Part shown: positions 47,585 through 59,570 of the stretch, piece by piece
Numbering within the stretch: the first letter of the stretch is position 1
Layout of the letters: the number at the start of each line of letters is the position of its first letter
Origin: Carcharhinus amblyrhynchos
Taxonomy: Eukaryota
Direction of reading: 5' to 3'
Length of the DNA stretch: 64,000 nt
Assembly (NCBI GenBank): GCA_965287045.1
Contig: OZ336882.1
Span: forward strand, 18,538,001-18,602,000
Position numbers and translations under genes: made by a program
Notes under the pieces: generated by a model
Told to the model about the DNA's origin: nothing
The model's input: only the letters and a program-made list of their open reading frames with translations
Database searches by the model: none

Positions 47585-50372
47585 TTATTCATTCACGGGA
47601 TGTGGGCAATGCTGGCTGGGCCCACATTTATTTCCCAATGCTGATTGCCCTTGAGAAGGTGGTTAGTGACCTGCTGGTTGAGCTGCTGCAGTTCCTGAGG
47701 TGTAAATACACCTTGTGACCCAGCTGCAGTGAAGGAATGGACATATATTTCCAAGTCAGGGTGGTGCATGGCTTGGAGAGAAACTTCCAGATGGTGGCGT
47801 CGCAATGTACCTGCTGACCTAGTCCTTGTCAGTGGCATTGATTGTGGGTTTCAAAGGTGCTGTCTAAGCAGCCTTAATGAGTTCCCGCAGTGCATCTTTT
47901 TGATGGTTTCTACGGCTGCCACTGTGCATTGGTGACAGAGGGAGTGAATATTTCTGGATGAGATGCCAATCAAGTGGGCTGCTATATCCTGGATGGTGTT
48001 GAGCTTTTTTTCAGTTGGAGCTGCACTCATCCAGGCAAGTGGAGAGTATTCCATCACCCTTTTGACTTCTGTTTGGCTAGATTTTCAGAAGGCGTTTGAC
48101 AAAGTACCTCACAAGAGGTTATTGCAGAAGGTCGAGGGACATGGAGTTGGGGGTAGGGTGTTAGCGTGGATAGAGGATTGGTTGTCAAATAGGAGGCAGA
48201 GAGTGGGGGTCAACGGGTGCTATTCGGATTGGCGGATGGTGACTAGTGGAGTGCCCCAGGGGTCGGTGCTGGGGCCTCAGCTTTTTACCATTTATATAGA
48301 TGATCTGGAGGAGGGAACCGAGTGTAGGGTGTCGAAATTTGCTGATGACACCAAGATTGGGGGAACGGCAAATTGTGCGGAGGGTGTGGAGAGTCTGCAG
48401 AAGGATCTAGATAGGCTGGGCGAATGGGCCAGGAAATGGCAAATGGAATTTAATGTTGGCAAGTGTGAGGTGGTCCACTTTGGTAGGAAGAATGGTAGGA
48501 AGGACTATTACTTACGGGGCGAAAAACTGCAGCAGGCGACGGTGCAGAGGGACCTCGGGGTCCTTGTGCATGAGTCGCAAAAACCCAGCTTGCAGGTGCA
48601 GCAGGTGGTCAGGAAGGCAAATGGGATGCTGGCCTTCATAGCGAGGGGGATTGAATGTAAAAGTAGGGAGGTCTTGCTGCAGCTGTATAGGGCATTGGTG
48701 AGGCCGCAGCTGGAGTACTGTGTGCAGTTTTGGGCGCCGCACCTGCGCAAAGATATTTTGGCCTTGGAGGGAGTGCAGAGGAGGTTTACTAGGCTGATAC
48801 CGGAGTTGAGGGGGTTGAGCTATGAGGAGAGGCTGAATAAACTGGGCTTGTACTCGTTAGAGTTTAGAAGAATGAGGGGAGATCTCATTGAGACGTATAA
48901 GATGATGAATGGGATGGATAGGATAGAGGTGGAGAGACTCTTCCCGCTCAGAAAAGACAGTAGGACTAGGGGGCACAGCCTCAAGATAAAAGGGGGGCGG
49001 TTTAGAACGGAGTTGAGGAGGAACTTCTTCACTCAAAGGGTGGTGAATCTCTGGAATTCTCTGCCCGTTGAAGTGGTGGAGGCTGCCTCGCTAAATATTT
49101 TTAAGACGCGGGTTGATGGGTTTTTGATAAGAGAGGGGATTAAGGGTTATGGGGGGAAAGTGGAACTGAGCCACGACAGATCAGCCATGACCTTATTGAA
49201 TGGCGGGGCAGGCTCGAAGGGCTAGATGGCCTACTCCTCCTATTTCTTATGTTCTTATGTTTGTGGACACAGGGAGTGAGTTGCTGGCCGCAGGGTACCT
49301 AGCCTCTGACCTGCGCTGTATTTATATAGCTGGTCCAGTTCAGTTTCTGATCAATGGTAATTTCCAAGTGGTTGATTTTGGAGGATCCAGCAATGTTAAT
49401 GCCATTGAATGTCAAAGGGCAATGGTTAGAATCTCGCTTGTTGAAGGTGGTCAGTGCCTGGCAATTGTATGGCGCAGATATTACTTGCCTTTTGTTCGTC
49501 CAGACTTGGATAATTTTCAGGCCTTGCTACATTTGGACACAAACTTCTCCAGTATCTGCAAAGCCACAAGTGGTGCTGAACTTTATAAGAACATAAGAAA
49601 TAGGAGCAGGAGTAGGCCATCTAGCCCTTCGAGCCTGCCCCGCATCATTATTATTATTTTATTATTATTATGCAATTATGCAAGCATCAGCAAACATTCT
49701 GCTTCTCGTCTTATGATGGAGGGAGGTAGCTGAATTGGTTGGGCCTAGGACACTATCCTGAAGAAATCCTGCTGTAATATCCTGGATTTAGATGATTGAC
49801 CTTCAACAACCACAACCATCTTCCATTGTGTCAGGTATGATTCCAATCAGCGAGCTTTTCCGCCTAATTCCCAGTTTTGCTTGGGTTCCTTGATACCACA
49901 TTCAGTCAAATGCTGCCTTGATATCAAGAATAAGCACTCTCCCCTCACCTCTGGAGTTCAGCTCTTTTGTCCATATTTGAACCAAGGCTGTAATGAGGTG
50001 ATGGATTGAGTGACCTTGACAGAATCCAAACTGAACATCAATGAGCAGCTTATGTTCTTATGTTCTAAGCAAGGGATAACGCTGTTCATGACCCCTTTGT
50101 TCACTTTACTGATGATCGAGAATAGAATGGTGGGGCAGTAGTTGGTTAGGTTGAATTTGCCTTATTTCTTGTGCACAGGACATACCTGAGCAATTTTACA
50201 CACTGCTGGCTAGATGCCAGCATTATAACTGTACTGGAACAGCTTGACTAGGGATGCGGCAACTTCTGGAGGACAAGTCTTCAGTCTTCTCGCTGGAATA
50301 TTGTCAGGGCTCATAGCCTTTGCAATATCCAGTGCCTTCAGCAGTTTGTTGATATCATAAGGAGTGAGCTTG
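47585..50372 (-). mobile_element. Long 3' portion (tether, RT, tail) of the tRNA-headed CR1-group LINE family, interrupted by young CR1 inserts
   Basis: LKALDIAKAMSPDNIPARRLKTC (ORF 50210..50407), MEYSPLAWMSAA (ORF 47851..48057), tail at 47585-47660. Confidence 0.85.
48071..49260 (+). mobile_element. Young 5'-truncated CR1 with an open partial RT (LDFQKAFD...GVPQGSVLGP...FADDTK)
   Basis: ORF 47963..49225; CpG-rich; (ttatgttc)n tail. Confidence 0.97.
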
Positions 50373-50917
50373 CATCTTGTGCGAACATCAGTGGGATGAA
50401 TGGACATGAACCTGATTCATTTGTATGCTGTTATGAGCTCAAGTGGGTAAAGCATCGAAATTTGATTCAATAAAACATGCTAATTTCTTTGAGTAATGCA
50501 AACACATTGTAGAACTGCTAATATGGACTGAGAAGCCGAACTGTTGCCAGGTAAAATCAAAGACATCGCAGCAGATACAATGAACATCTGTACTTTCATA
50601 ACTGTGCTGGAGCGATCAATGCTGATTTTCTTAATCCGTTTGCCCAGGTGTTAAACATGCACTGCATCTCTCCAGCTCCGGGATGACCCCCTCTTTCCCC
50701 AAGTCAAGAAATGGACAGTCTGAGCTGGAGTCCCAGCTCAGACTGGCCTTTGGGAGCTGCTTTGAAAATCAAAAAAGGAATTTTAGGCCGATTAGACTTG
50801 CAGCTTCATCTAAGACTTGGGTGAGGCGATAAGAGTCCTTCTGCTTGAGGGCAACGATCAACAGCCTGGTTATCCTGTTTTGCTGGCCGGTTAACTCAAA
50901 TATAACTTTTTAAAATT

Positions 50918-51575
50918 ATTTCAGGGGACGTAGATGTTGCTGGCTGGCCAACATTTATTGAAGTAGAGATGCCAGCATTAAACTGGGGTAAACGCAGTAA
51001 GAAGTCTCACAACACCAGGTTCGTGTCCAACCAGTTTATTTGATAGTAAACCCCCAAGCTTTCGGAAATGGTGTTCCTTTGTCAGGTGTGTGGAAGGTAA
51101 TTCTAATCAGTATTCTGTAAACTGTGCGTGACTTTATGTGCCCTTCTCTGATCAGAACCTTTCACACACCTGACAAGGGAACACCATTTCCGAAAGCTTG
51201 TAAGATTACTATCAAATAAACTGGTTGGACTCTAACCTGGTGTTGTGAGACTTCTTACAACACTTATTGTCCATACCTCATTGCCCAAAGGCACTTGAGA
51301 GTCAACCACGTTGCTGTGACTCTGGAGTCACATGTAGGCCAGACTAGGTAAGAACAGCAGATTTCTTTCTCGAAAGGACATTAGTGAAGCAGATGGGTTT
51401 TTTTCCAACAGTTGACAATGGTTTCGTGGCCATCAGTAGATTATTATTTCCAGATTTTTAAAATTGAGATCAAATTCCACCATCTGTCATGGCAGGATCC
51501 GAACCCGCATCCCCAGAACATTAGCTGAGTTTCCGGATTAATAAACGAGCAATAATATCACAAGGCCAGTGCCTC
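50918..51575 (-). mobile_element. Short tRNA-head + LINE-tail derivative, split by a Penelope-like hairpin
   Basis: Same layout as 43955-44305 once 50961-51258 is removed. Confidence 0.8.
50961..51258. mobile_element. Palindromic Penelope-like terminal mini-element (family 1) with an 11 bp TSD and hammerhead-like cores
   Basis: Arms 50997-51110 and 51148-51258; aacatttattg (50950-50960) and aacacttattg (51259-51269); cctgacaagggaacaccatttccgaaagctt. Confidence 0.85.
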
Positions 51576-51924
51576 CTATATGAAGCTGTCCTGAAATAAT
51601 TGGAGATCATTGCAAGCAATCCATTTCAGGAAATTTTCTCTTTTCGTTTCAGATTCTAGCATCCAAAGTAATTTGCAGTTCAGAAAAATATGTTCAGATG
51701 AGGCATATTAAATGAGAGTTGACATGGATTTACAGTAGCTGAATTATGCCTGAAAAAGTTATTTTTATTTTTCTGGGTGTCATGTTAAATGTGACTCACT
51801 GGGGTGAAGGGGTTGGATTTTGCGAGATGTTTCCTGATGTCACTCACAAGGGTGCTCAGTGGCACTGGAAAAGTTTGGAAACAAATTGAGAACAGTTGAG
51901 CTGCTGATTTTGGGTCAGCAATTG

Positions 51925-52350
51925 GGGTTTGTGGTATGAAGAGAAATTGCACAGTTTAGGCCTATATTCTCTGGAATTAAGAAGGATGAGGGGAGATCAA
52001 ATTGAGGTACACAAGATGGTAAAAGATGTGGATAACGTAGACGTGAAGTGGATGCTTCCTCTCGTAGGGCAGTCTAGAACGAGAAGTCATAGTCTTTGGA
52101 CAAGGGGGTAGCAAATTTAAAACAGCGTTGAAGAGAAATTGTTTCTCCCAAAGGGTTGTGAAATTTAAATTCACAAATTTTGTAAATTTAAGGAGGAATT
52201 AGATAGATTTTTAATTGGTAATGGGTTGAAAGGTTATAGGGAGAAGGCAGGAAAATGGGGATGAGGAGCATATCAGCTATAATCGAATGGCGGAGCAGAC
52301 TCGATAGGCTGAATGGCTCAATGCAATTTCTATATCTTATGAACTTATAA
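51925..52350 (+). mobile_element. CR1 3' end
   Basis: YEEKLHSLGLYSLELRRMRGDQIEV. Confidence 0.85.
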
Positions 52351-54862
52351 GTTCAACTTTAATCCTGTATCCTGGCATAATCTGTGATGTTCCAAATTGT
52401 ACTTGGTAAGGGAGGGAGGCCAAGCTGATCGAGCTGGTAATTAAAGTTTGAAAACCATACAAGATTAGGAGTCGGCTCCATGCAGAATAAAAATCATTAA
52501 TTTGGAGAAGGATAAGAGTTTGAGTGAAAGATGGGCAAGGGGCTTTTTAGATGTTGCAAAATGTAAGAGTTGTGCATATTGGCTTGCGCAAAAGTGGCTA
52601 GGAACACAAAATGGAGAAACACTTAAAGATAGTGGCTTTCAGAGCCACAATTAATAAGTTATTGAGCAATATGCAAAGCACAAAGCAATTAAGGAAATCT
52701 ACATAAAATAAGCATCAGTGAACCAATATTGAAAATCACAACACCCCGTTGCCTTCACAGCTCTGAATGTTTATTTTGCAAAGGTTTTTGCAGGATTTTA
52801 CTAGAAGAATTTCCACCTGTGAAGGGTCTCATGCAGTAATCATTATAGACTCACAAGGCAGGATTTTACGTTCCTTTATGGTCCCTGGCTTACCCCATTT
52901 CTTGCTAACTGTCTGAGAGGACTGTCTCACGAAACTGATGGTTACCCCAAAGCAGTTTCACTCGGTGAGTAGGTAAATTGTTTTAAAGCAAGAATTCCTT
53001 AGCTATTGGAAGTCCCGCGTTACAGAACTGTTGGCCACTCAGGAATGACGGCCATTCATGAGATTACATGCAGCCGACCAGGACTAGGAGTCCGGATAAG
53101 TCTGGGGCTGGGGATCTCAGTGAAGGGTTGACATGGTGGGGGAACAATTTGAAGAGGCTTGTGATTAGTGAAGGGTTAAAAAGGGTTGTGGGGGGTGCAG
53201 GTTGGGGAGAGATGATCTTGAAAAGGGCGCCTCCAATCAGCCAAGGGGACCTTCAAAGGACATTTCCCCCTCCCCCCACCATTCCCAAACACCCCTGCTG
53301 GACCTCCTGCAAGGTTTGGACCTCCTCCATGTGAGGTCAGATGCTGGTGAGAACTCGATGAGGCCTTTAAGCGGCCATTATTTGATCACTTAAGCACCTC
53401 AATGGGCCCAATGGGGAAACTTGACATTCCCCGCGCACCCCCTGCTCCCGTTAAATTTCAGACAGTTCAGAGATAGCAGCAAGGAGACAGGAGGACCATC
53501 TGCTGATTTTAGATAACCCTGTCTTCACACTTGCCGGCTTGGAGGCATTAAAATCCATCCCCAATTTGCTTACCAGACAAGATAACTGTCATAACATGTT
53601 GTATCAGAAATGAATTATCCACAATCTGAGCTTTGGAAATTGTTAGAATTTCCAATCGCTGGGAGCAGAGCTTGTATGGGGAAATGCGTTAAGTTTCCTG
53701 CATTCATTATTGAGGAACTAATATAATTTGAAAGAAAATAATATATTTCAGCAAAACTCAGCAGAGCAAGGTGAGTAAGGCACCTCCATTTAATTGGACT
53801 TAAAATACCGAATACAGCTCGAGGCTCTTTGTTTGCAAAAAGATGTAGATGCTCTGGAGGGAACAGGGATAAAAACTGCTAGGATGATTCCTGGGCTCTG
53901 GTCCAAGAGCAGTGAGGATAAATTAAGTAAGCATTGGTTATTCTCCTTGCACAGAAAAGGTTGGATGGAATGAAGGACATGATAGAAGTATTTAATCTGG
54001 TGAGAAGAATTGATAAAAATGGAAATGACTAAATTACTGATGAAACAAGGGCCTGATAGCGAGATTCAGAGAAGCGGCCTAACAAGGAATTTGGATGTAA
54101 TTTGTTCTCTCAAAGGACACTAGAATTAACTCCATCCAAATGTGGTTAATTCAACAATGGCAAAGCTCTGCAAAGGGGAATTGAATGAAGTTTAGTTACT
54201 GGTCGAAACATAGTGGGTGAGGCAAGGAAAGGAATTGGCATTTTCTTTGGTTAGTGTGGTTTTTAATATGGATTTTGTGTTATTCTAATTAATGTGACTT
54301 AAGTTAGTTGCAATTTTACTTTATCTGAAAAGGGACTATGTGGCACGATTAGGATGCTTAGCGCTCCCAGTACAGATTTCCTCTGGGATAATTGCGGGTG
54401 CACAGCCCATGAATTTCTGACTGTTATGCATTCCTCTGTGCACTGGTTCCCATTGTTGGGAATGCTAAATTATGAAAACGTTAATATAATTTCTTTTTGA
54501 AAATGACTCGTATCGCTCAGAGGAAAACTGTTTGTTTATGCCTGCTGAGAAAATGTTAGCTGGCTGCTTTTAAACAGGGAATGTGATACAATAAGATGTC
54601 ATTGAATTAAAATTCCTGCTAATAGCTAGGGTGCCTGCAATAAACCCTTGGTGCAATTCAAGGAACACATGAACTGCTTAACTGGTACAAATCGCCAGAA
54701 ATTTAATGGACCCAACTGTGTAGTGGTTAATGGTTTTGTGAAATTGTCTGCATGACCAAGTAGTTAGCCCAGTTTTAGAGAATGATAAAATGATGAACGA
54801 TCTGTCACAGGAGGAGGCCATTCAGCCCCTGGTGCTGCGTTCAAGTTTCCCTTTCCAAATAA

Positions 54863-55152
54863 GGGTGGCACAGTAGTTGCACTGCTGCCTCACAGCACCA
54901 GGGACCCAGGTTCAACTCCAGCCTCAGGTGACTGTTTAGGTGGAGATTGCATGTTCTCCCATGTCTGCATGGGTTTCCTCGCACACTCCAAAGATGTGTG
55001 GGCTAGGTTGAGTGGCTATGGTCAGTTGTGTCAGGGGGATTAGTAGCATAAATACATGGGGTTACGGGGATAGGGCCTTGGTGGGATTGTTATCATTATA
55101 GGCTTGATGGGCCAAATGGCCTCTTTTTGCACTGTAGAGATGCTCTGATTCT
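54863..55152 (+). mobile_element. HE1-like V-SINE, inserted in an old minus-strand CR1 end (~54800-55410)
   Basis: Head, core and tail motifs. Confidence 0.85.
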
Positions 55153-55877
55153 AATTATCTAATTCCTTTTGAAAGTTGTGAGTTAATTTGCTTCCAACAC
55201 CTCTTCAGACAGTTCACTTCAGATTAGCATAGACCACTGCACAATTTTTTTCTTTCACCACCTTTATTTTTGCCATTTACCTTCAATCTGTATCCCTTAT
55301 TTCTCAACACTTCTGTCACAAGAACCAGTTTCTCCTCAGTACCGTAACAAGATGCTTATATGTTTTGAATGCATCTCTCAAACCTCCTCTTAATGTTCTC
55401 TGCTTTAAGTAGTCATTTAGGGAACTCTAGTCTTAAATGCCCTGTTTTTCTCCTTTGTGGGAATGTGACTCACCCAAAACAGCCCCTCTTTTCGTAGATT
55501 CGCATTGCTCACTGAAGGTTTTACCAGTCATTAAAATTAAGACTGCAGTTCAATATTTTCACGTTTCAGCTTTTTCTTTCACAATTAGATTAAACTGAGT
55601 GATATTATGATCATTATTTTCTAAATGTCCTCGCACTTCTTATCCACAACAGCATAAGGCACTGATTTCTTCCTCATTGAGCTGAAGATGTGAAAACTAA
55701 AGAATAAATCTCTTTTAAATGTATTTCTGGAATTCCTCCCCCCCTGTTCCCTTTAGACCACTATTTTCTCAATCTAAGTTAGAAGTCTCCAATCTTCACC
55801 ACACCAAACCTCTTGCATCTTTCTGCAATTTGCATGCAAATTTGCTCCACTACCTTCTTCCTGTTGTTTGATGACCT

Positions 55878-55970
55878 GTAAGAAGTCTCACAACACGAGG
55901 TTAAAGTCCAGCAGGTTTATTTGGAATCATGAGCTTTCAGAGCGCTCGCTGCTCCCTCATCAGGTGAGTG
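55878..55970 (-). mobile_element. Penelope-like terminus with a minimal hammerhead-like motif
   Basis: Minus strand: cactcacCTGATGAgggagcagcgagcgctctGAAAgctcatgattccaaataaacc. Confidence 0.75.
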
Positions 55971-56843
55971 AAGGTTTTGGAGGCCAGATAGAGAGGCACA
56001 AAGGGGGATTATGATCTTTAAGGTTGAGTCTCTTCACTGTGCACAGGAACACAGAGGTTTATTCCCTCTTCTTGCTGCCTTTTTATCAACCTGGGTGAAA
56101 AATGGCCTTCCCACTCTCATCATGGATTAATTGGCCAATAATTGGCCACTTTTCAGAATCAATATGTCACAGGGTGGGTTGGCTACTTTGGCGAGCAGGT
56201 CAGGGGTGAGTAGAATGGCAGTGGGTTAGCCACTTGACAGATTGTACATGGTCAACTTTCCCATGATGGCAGGGAGCCATAAATCCAACCCAAAATCTCA
56301 AGTGCTATTGGTGCCTACAGCCCACTAGCCTTACTAATCACTTGTTAATTTGTTGTTTATTCCCCCATCTGATCCCTCCAATTTCTGGCTTACTCTTCAT
56401 TCAATGCTGTTTCTCTCACCCAGGCTTCTGTAAATCATGAATCTTCCCTCTGCACCAGTCAAACTGGTTGAATTTTACTGACTGCCTGATGGATTATGTA
56501 ACATAGAAATATTGATCTACTTGAAAGTGGACACCTTTAAAAAGCCCATGAAGACAAGACACATGTGAACACATGTAGCAGAGTGCTACTTGGTGTCTTA
56601 CTCTCAAGAGAGCTACAAGGTAGTCTAAAAGAAATACCATGGCTTGAGAAAGAGCCCAAAGATAGGACTAGAATATTACTGTAAACTTGCACATGGCACA
56701 CATATGAATGGAGGGAAAGTTGGACAGAAAATGGTGGACTGAAATAGAAATGTTGAGGATATAGCAAGTGTAATATATACAGTAATGTGTACACTATAAC
56801 CTATCTTGCATTCAGAATTTCTCTTGTTTTCAGTGCAAAAGAA

Positions 56844-57187
56844 TGGTGGCACAGTGGTTAGCACTGTTGCCTCACAGTGCCAGGGGCCTGGGTTCAATTC
56901 CAGCTTTGGGTGACTGTGTGGAATTTGCATGTTCTCCCTGTATCTGCGTGGATTTCTTCCAGGTCCTCTGGTTTCCTCCCACAGTCTGAAAATGTACAGG
57001 TTCGGTGGATTGGCCACACTAAGTTGGCCCTTCATGTTCCAAGATGTGTAAATTAGATGGATTAGCCACAGACAATGTGTGGGATTATGGGGATATGGTG
57101 AGGTAGAGAATAGATATGTTCTGTCAGAGAGTTGGTGCAGATTTGATGGACTGAATGGCCTCTTCTGCACTGTAGGGCTCCTATGAT
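56844..57187 (+). mobile_element. HE1-like V-SINE
   Basis: Head, core and tail. Confidence 0.9.
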
Positions 57188-57332
57188 AAGGCAACTTTCC
57201 AGACAAGATTGTCTATATCCAATGATGGATAGACCCTAATATATGCATTTTTATGCAGGAGGTATTTGTAACATTTGCCACTGTATATTACAGCACAATT
57301 CCAACATTCCCCACATCACAGCAGAAAACAGA

Positions 57333-57638
57333 TCATAGAATTCCTGCAGTGAAGGAGATAATTTAGCCCATCAAGCCCGCACCACCAGCAATCCCACCCA
57401 GGCCTACACTGTAAGCTCACATATTTACCCTATAAATCCTCCTGACACTAAGGGACAATTTAGCATGACCAATCAACCTAACCTGCCAATCTTTGGACTG
57501 TGGGAGGAAACCGGAGCACTAGGAGGAAACACACACAGACATGGGGAGAATGTGCAAACTCCACACAGACAGTGACCCGAGGCCAGAATTGAACCTCGGT
57601 CCCCAGTGCTGTGAGGCAGCAGTGCCACTGTGCCACCC
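57333..57638 (-). mobile_element. HE1-like V-SINE
   Basis: Head, core and tail; tail-to-tail with 56844-57187. Confidence 0.9.
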
Positions 57639-58505
57639 TAATAACAGTAGGGACAGACACATTTTGGAAGAGACTAAGTTATTAGAGGCTTAAAGCAAAT
57701 CAAAGTTTTGGAGAAGAAAGCAAAATAGACGTGAAGTTGAATAGTCACTGTAGAATTACAAGGGGTTAATCAGGCAGATCACTCAGACAAATCCCTTTCG
57801 GGTTCCTTTTGAAATGTATTGCACAGGAAGAACATTAAAAAAAACCTTTCTCCTCAACAAAAGCAAAAGACAGTCTTTGTAAGAATTACAACTAAGCTCA
57901 CAAAGCCTAATTTGCCTTGGTGCACAGTGTGAAGATCAGCGAAACAACTGATGCACCAAGCTTGTTTCTTGATCCACTCCTGATCCCTTTATGAAATATT
58001 TGCAGCTTTGGAAGTTGCCTGGACAATGCCACATTATTTCCAAGCTGTAAGCAGGAGGATCGTGTATTTGCACAGGCCCTGTCTGTTGACCAACATGCGT
58101 ACACGTTGGGTAGCTTTTGTACTTTTGACGTAATTCAAAATAAAGATTGTCACACGTTTCATTTGCACCTGGTTTCAAATAAGCAAGCGGAATTTTATTT
58201 TCTGATCAAATGCAAACAGCCTTCTTCCAGAAAAAAAATCCTAATAAATTTAATCTATCAGCAATTTTATTTCTTTTTCATTTTTGTTTCTTGAAATAGA
58301 TATCTGTGATGGCATGACCTTCATTTTGAGTCTGGTGCTGTTTACAACCAGATAAAAACATTGCATTGCTTCAGGATGGGTGTATAAAGTATTCCTTCAC
58401 TTGCTGTTATCATTAGGAAATGCGCATGATTTCTTTATGGATTTGACTGTAAATTGCACATGAATGGAATGATAACCCTTCTTCTTTTTCACTTAACTAC
58501 TTACT

Positions 58506-58778
58506 TTGATTCCGGGTCTCAGAGCCTATTCTGACAGGCACTGGATGTTAGGCAGAGTATACCCAGGATGGGAAGCCAGCCGATCGCAGGACAAACACTC
58601 ACATACATACACACTGAGGGGCAATTTACCCAAACAGCTTTGGACTGTGGGAGGAAACTTGAGAACCCACACAGGCACAGGGAGAACGTACAAACTCCCC
58701 ATGGGCGGACACCCAAGGCTGGAATCGAACCTGGGTCCCTGGAGTTGTGTTGCAGCAGCGCTAACCACTGTGCCACTG
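58506..58778 (-). mobile_element. V-SINE with a third tail type (tail C)
   Basis: V-SINE head/core followed by gtgtgtatgtatgtgagtg...cctgcgatcggctggcttcccatcctgggtatactctgcc...ataggctctgagaccc. Confidence 0.8.
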
Positions 58779-59570
58779 TACTGCACACACTTCCTATTTG
58801 AAAAAAGAGATGGAATTCTTGCACAAAAGTCTGCATGCGATGAAGTGCTGCCTTTTGTGACTCCCTCGTTCATATATTTGCTTACTCATGCTTGGTATTT
58901 CGAACGCTGCATCGGCCATCACCTGAACAATGTGGGCTTATTTGCATTTTCTTTTCCCGAGGAAATGGCAGCCATGATTGAGCAGACAGCTTGACACATT
59001 TTAACAGGGAGATGGTGTTGACTTCTCTGGAAATGAATTTGTTCCATTAGTCCTGGCTGTAACATTTAATACCCTTTCCTTAAGCACCTTTCCAATACGT
59101 GTGAGGAGCAGTGACTGGATTGGTTGCATCTGACGTACAGCCCAAGTGGAGAGATTAAGCTGAAAATGGTTGAATCTTTCAGTCCAGAGCTGCAGTAATG
59201 ACTCTGTTCAATTTTGAAATGTTCACCAATTTTGTCTGCCAGTTTTGAGGTGATTCTTTTTTCACTTCTGAGTCTTGTATCACTCAGAGGCTCCCCCTGT
59301 CTGTTGTATACTGTGCCATAATTTGCCGTGGAGTAAACTGCATGGACTAGTCCTGCCCTCATTTACGAAAAATGATCTAATTGACTCACAGTGAAAAGCA
59401 TGTTGATGGTTCATGATCTTGCTGTTTGCAAGGTTTTGTGGGAACGTAACCCGAGGGAATGGCAGAACTTTATTATATGTACACTGATGTCCCTCAGCAA
59501 TGAAGGTGACCCCAATCTTGGTTACTGCTATCAATGAATGTAATGGGGTCTGTGGTGAAACAGAGGGAGC

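Noticed and set aside
47963-49225. 420 aa ORF with a hydrophobic, signal-peptide-like N-terminus fused to an RT
   Set aside because: The first ~36 codons are the antisense strand of the older host LINE, in frame by chance with a 5'-truncated CR1; the endonuclease and RT N-terminus are missing and there is no sign of a gene.
59066-59362. 98 aa ORF in unique sequence
   Set aside because: No recognisable domain and no convincing splice signals.
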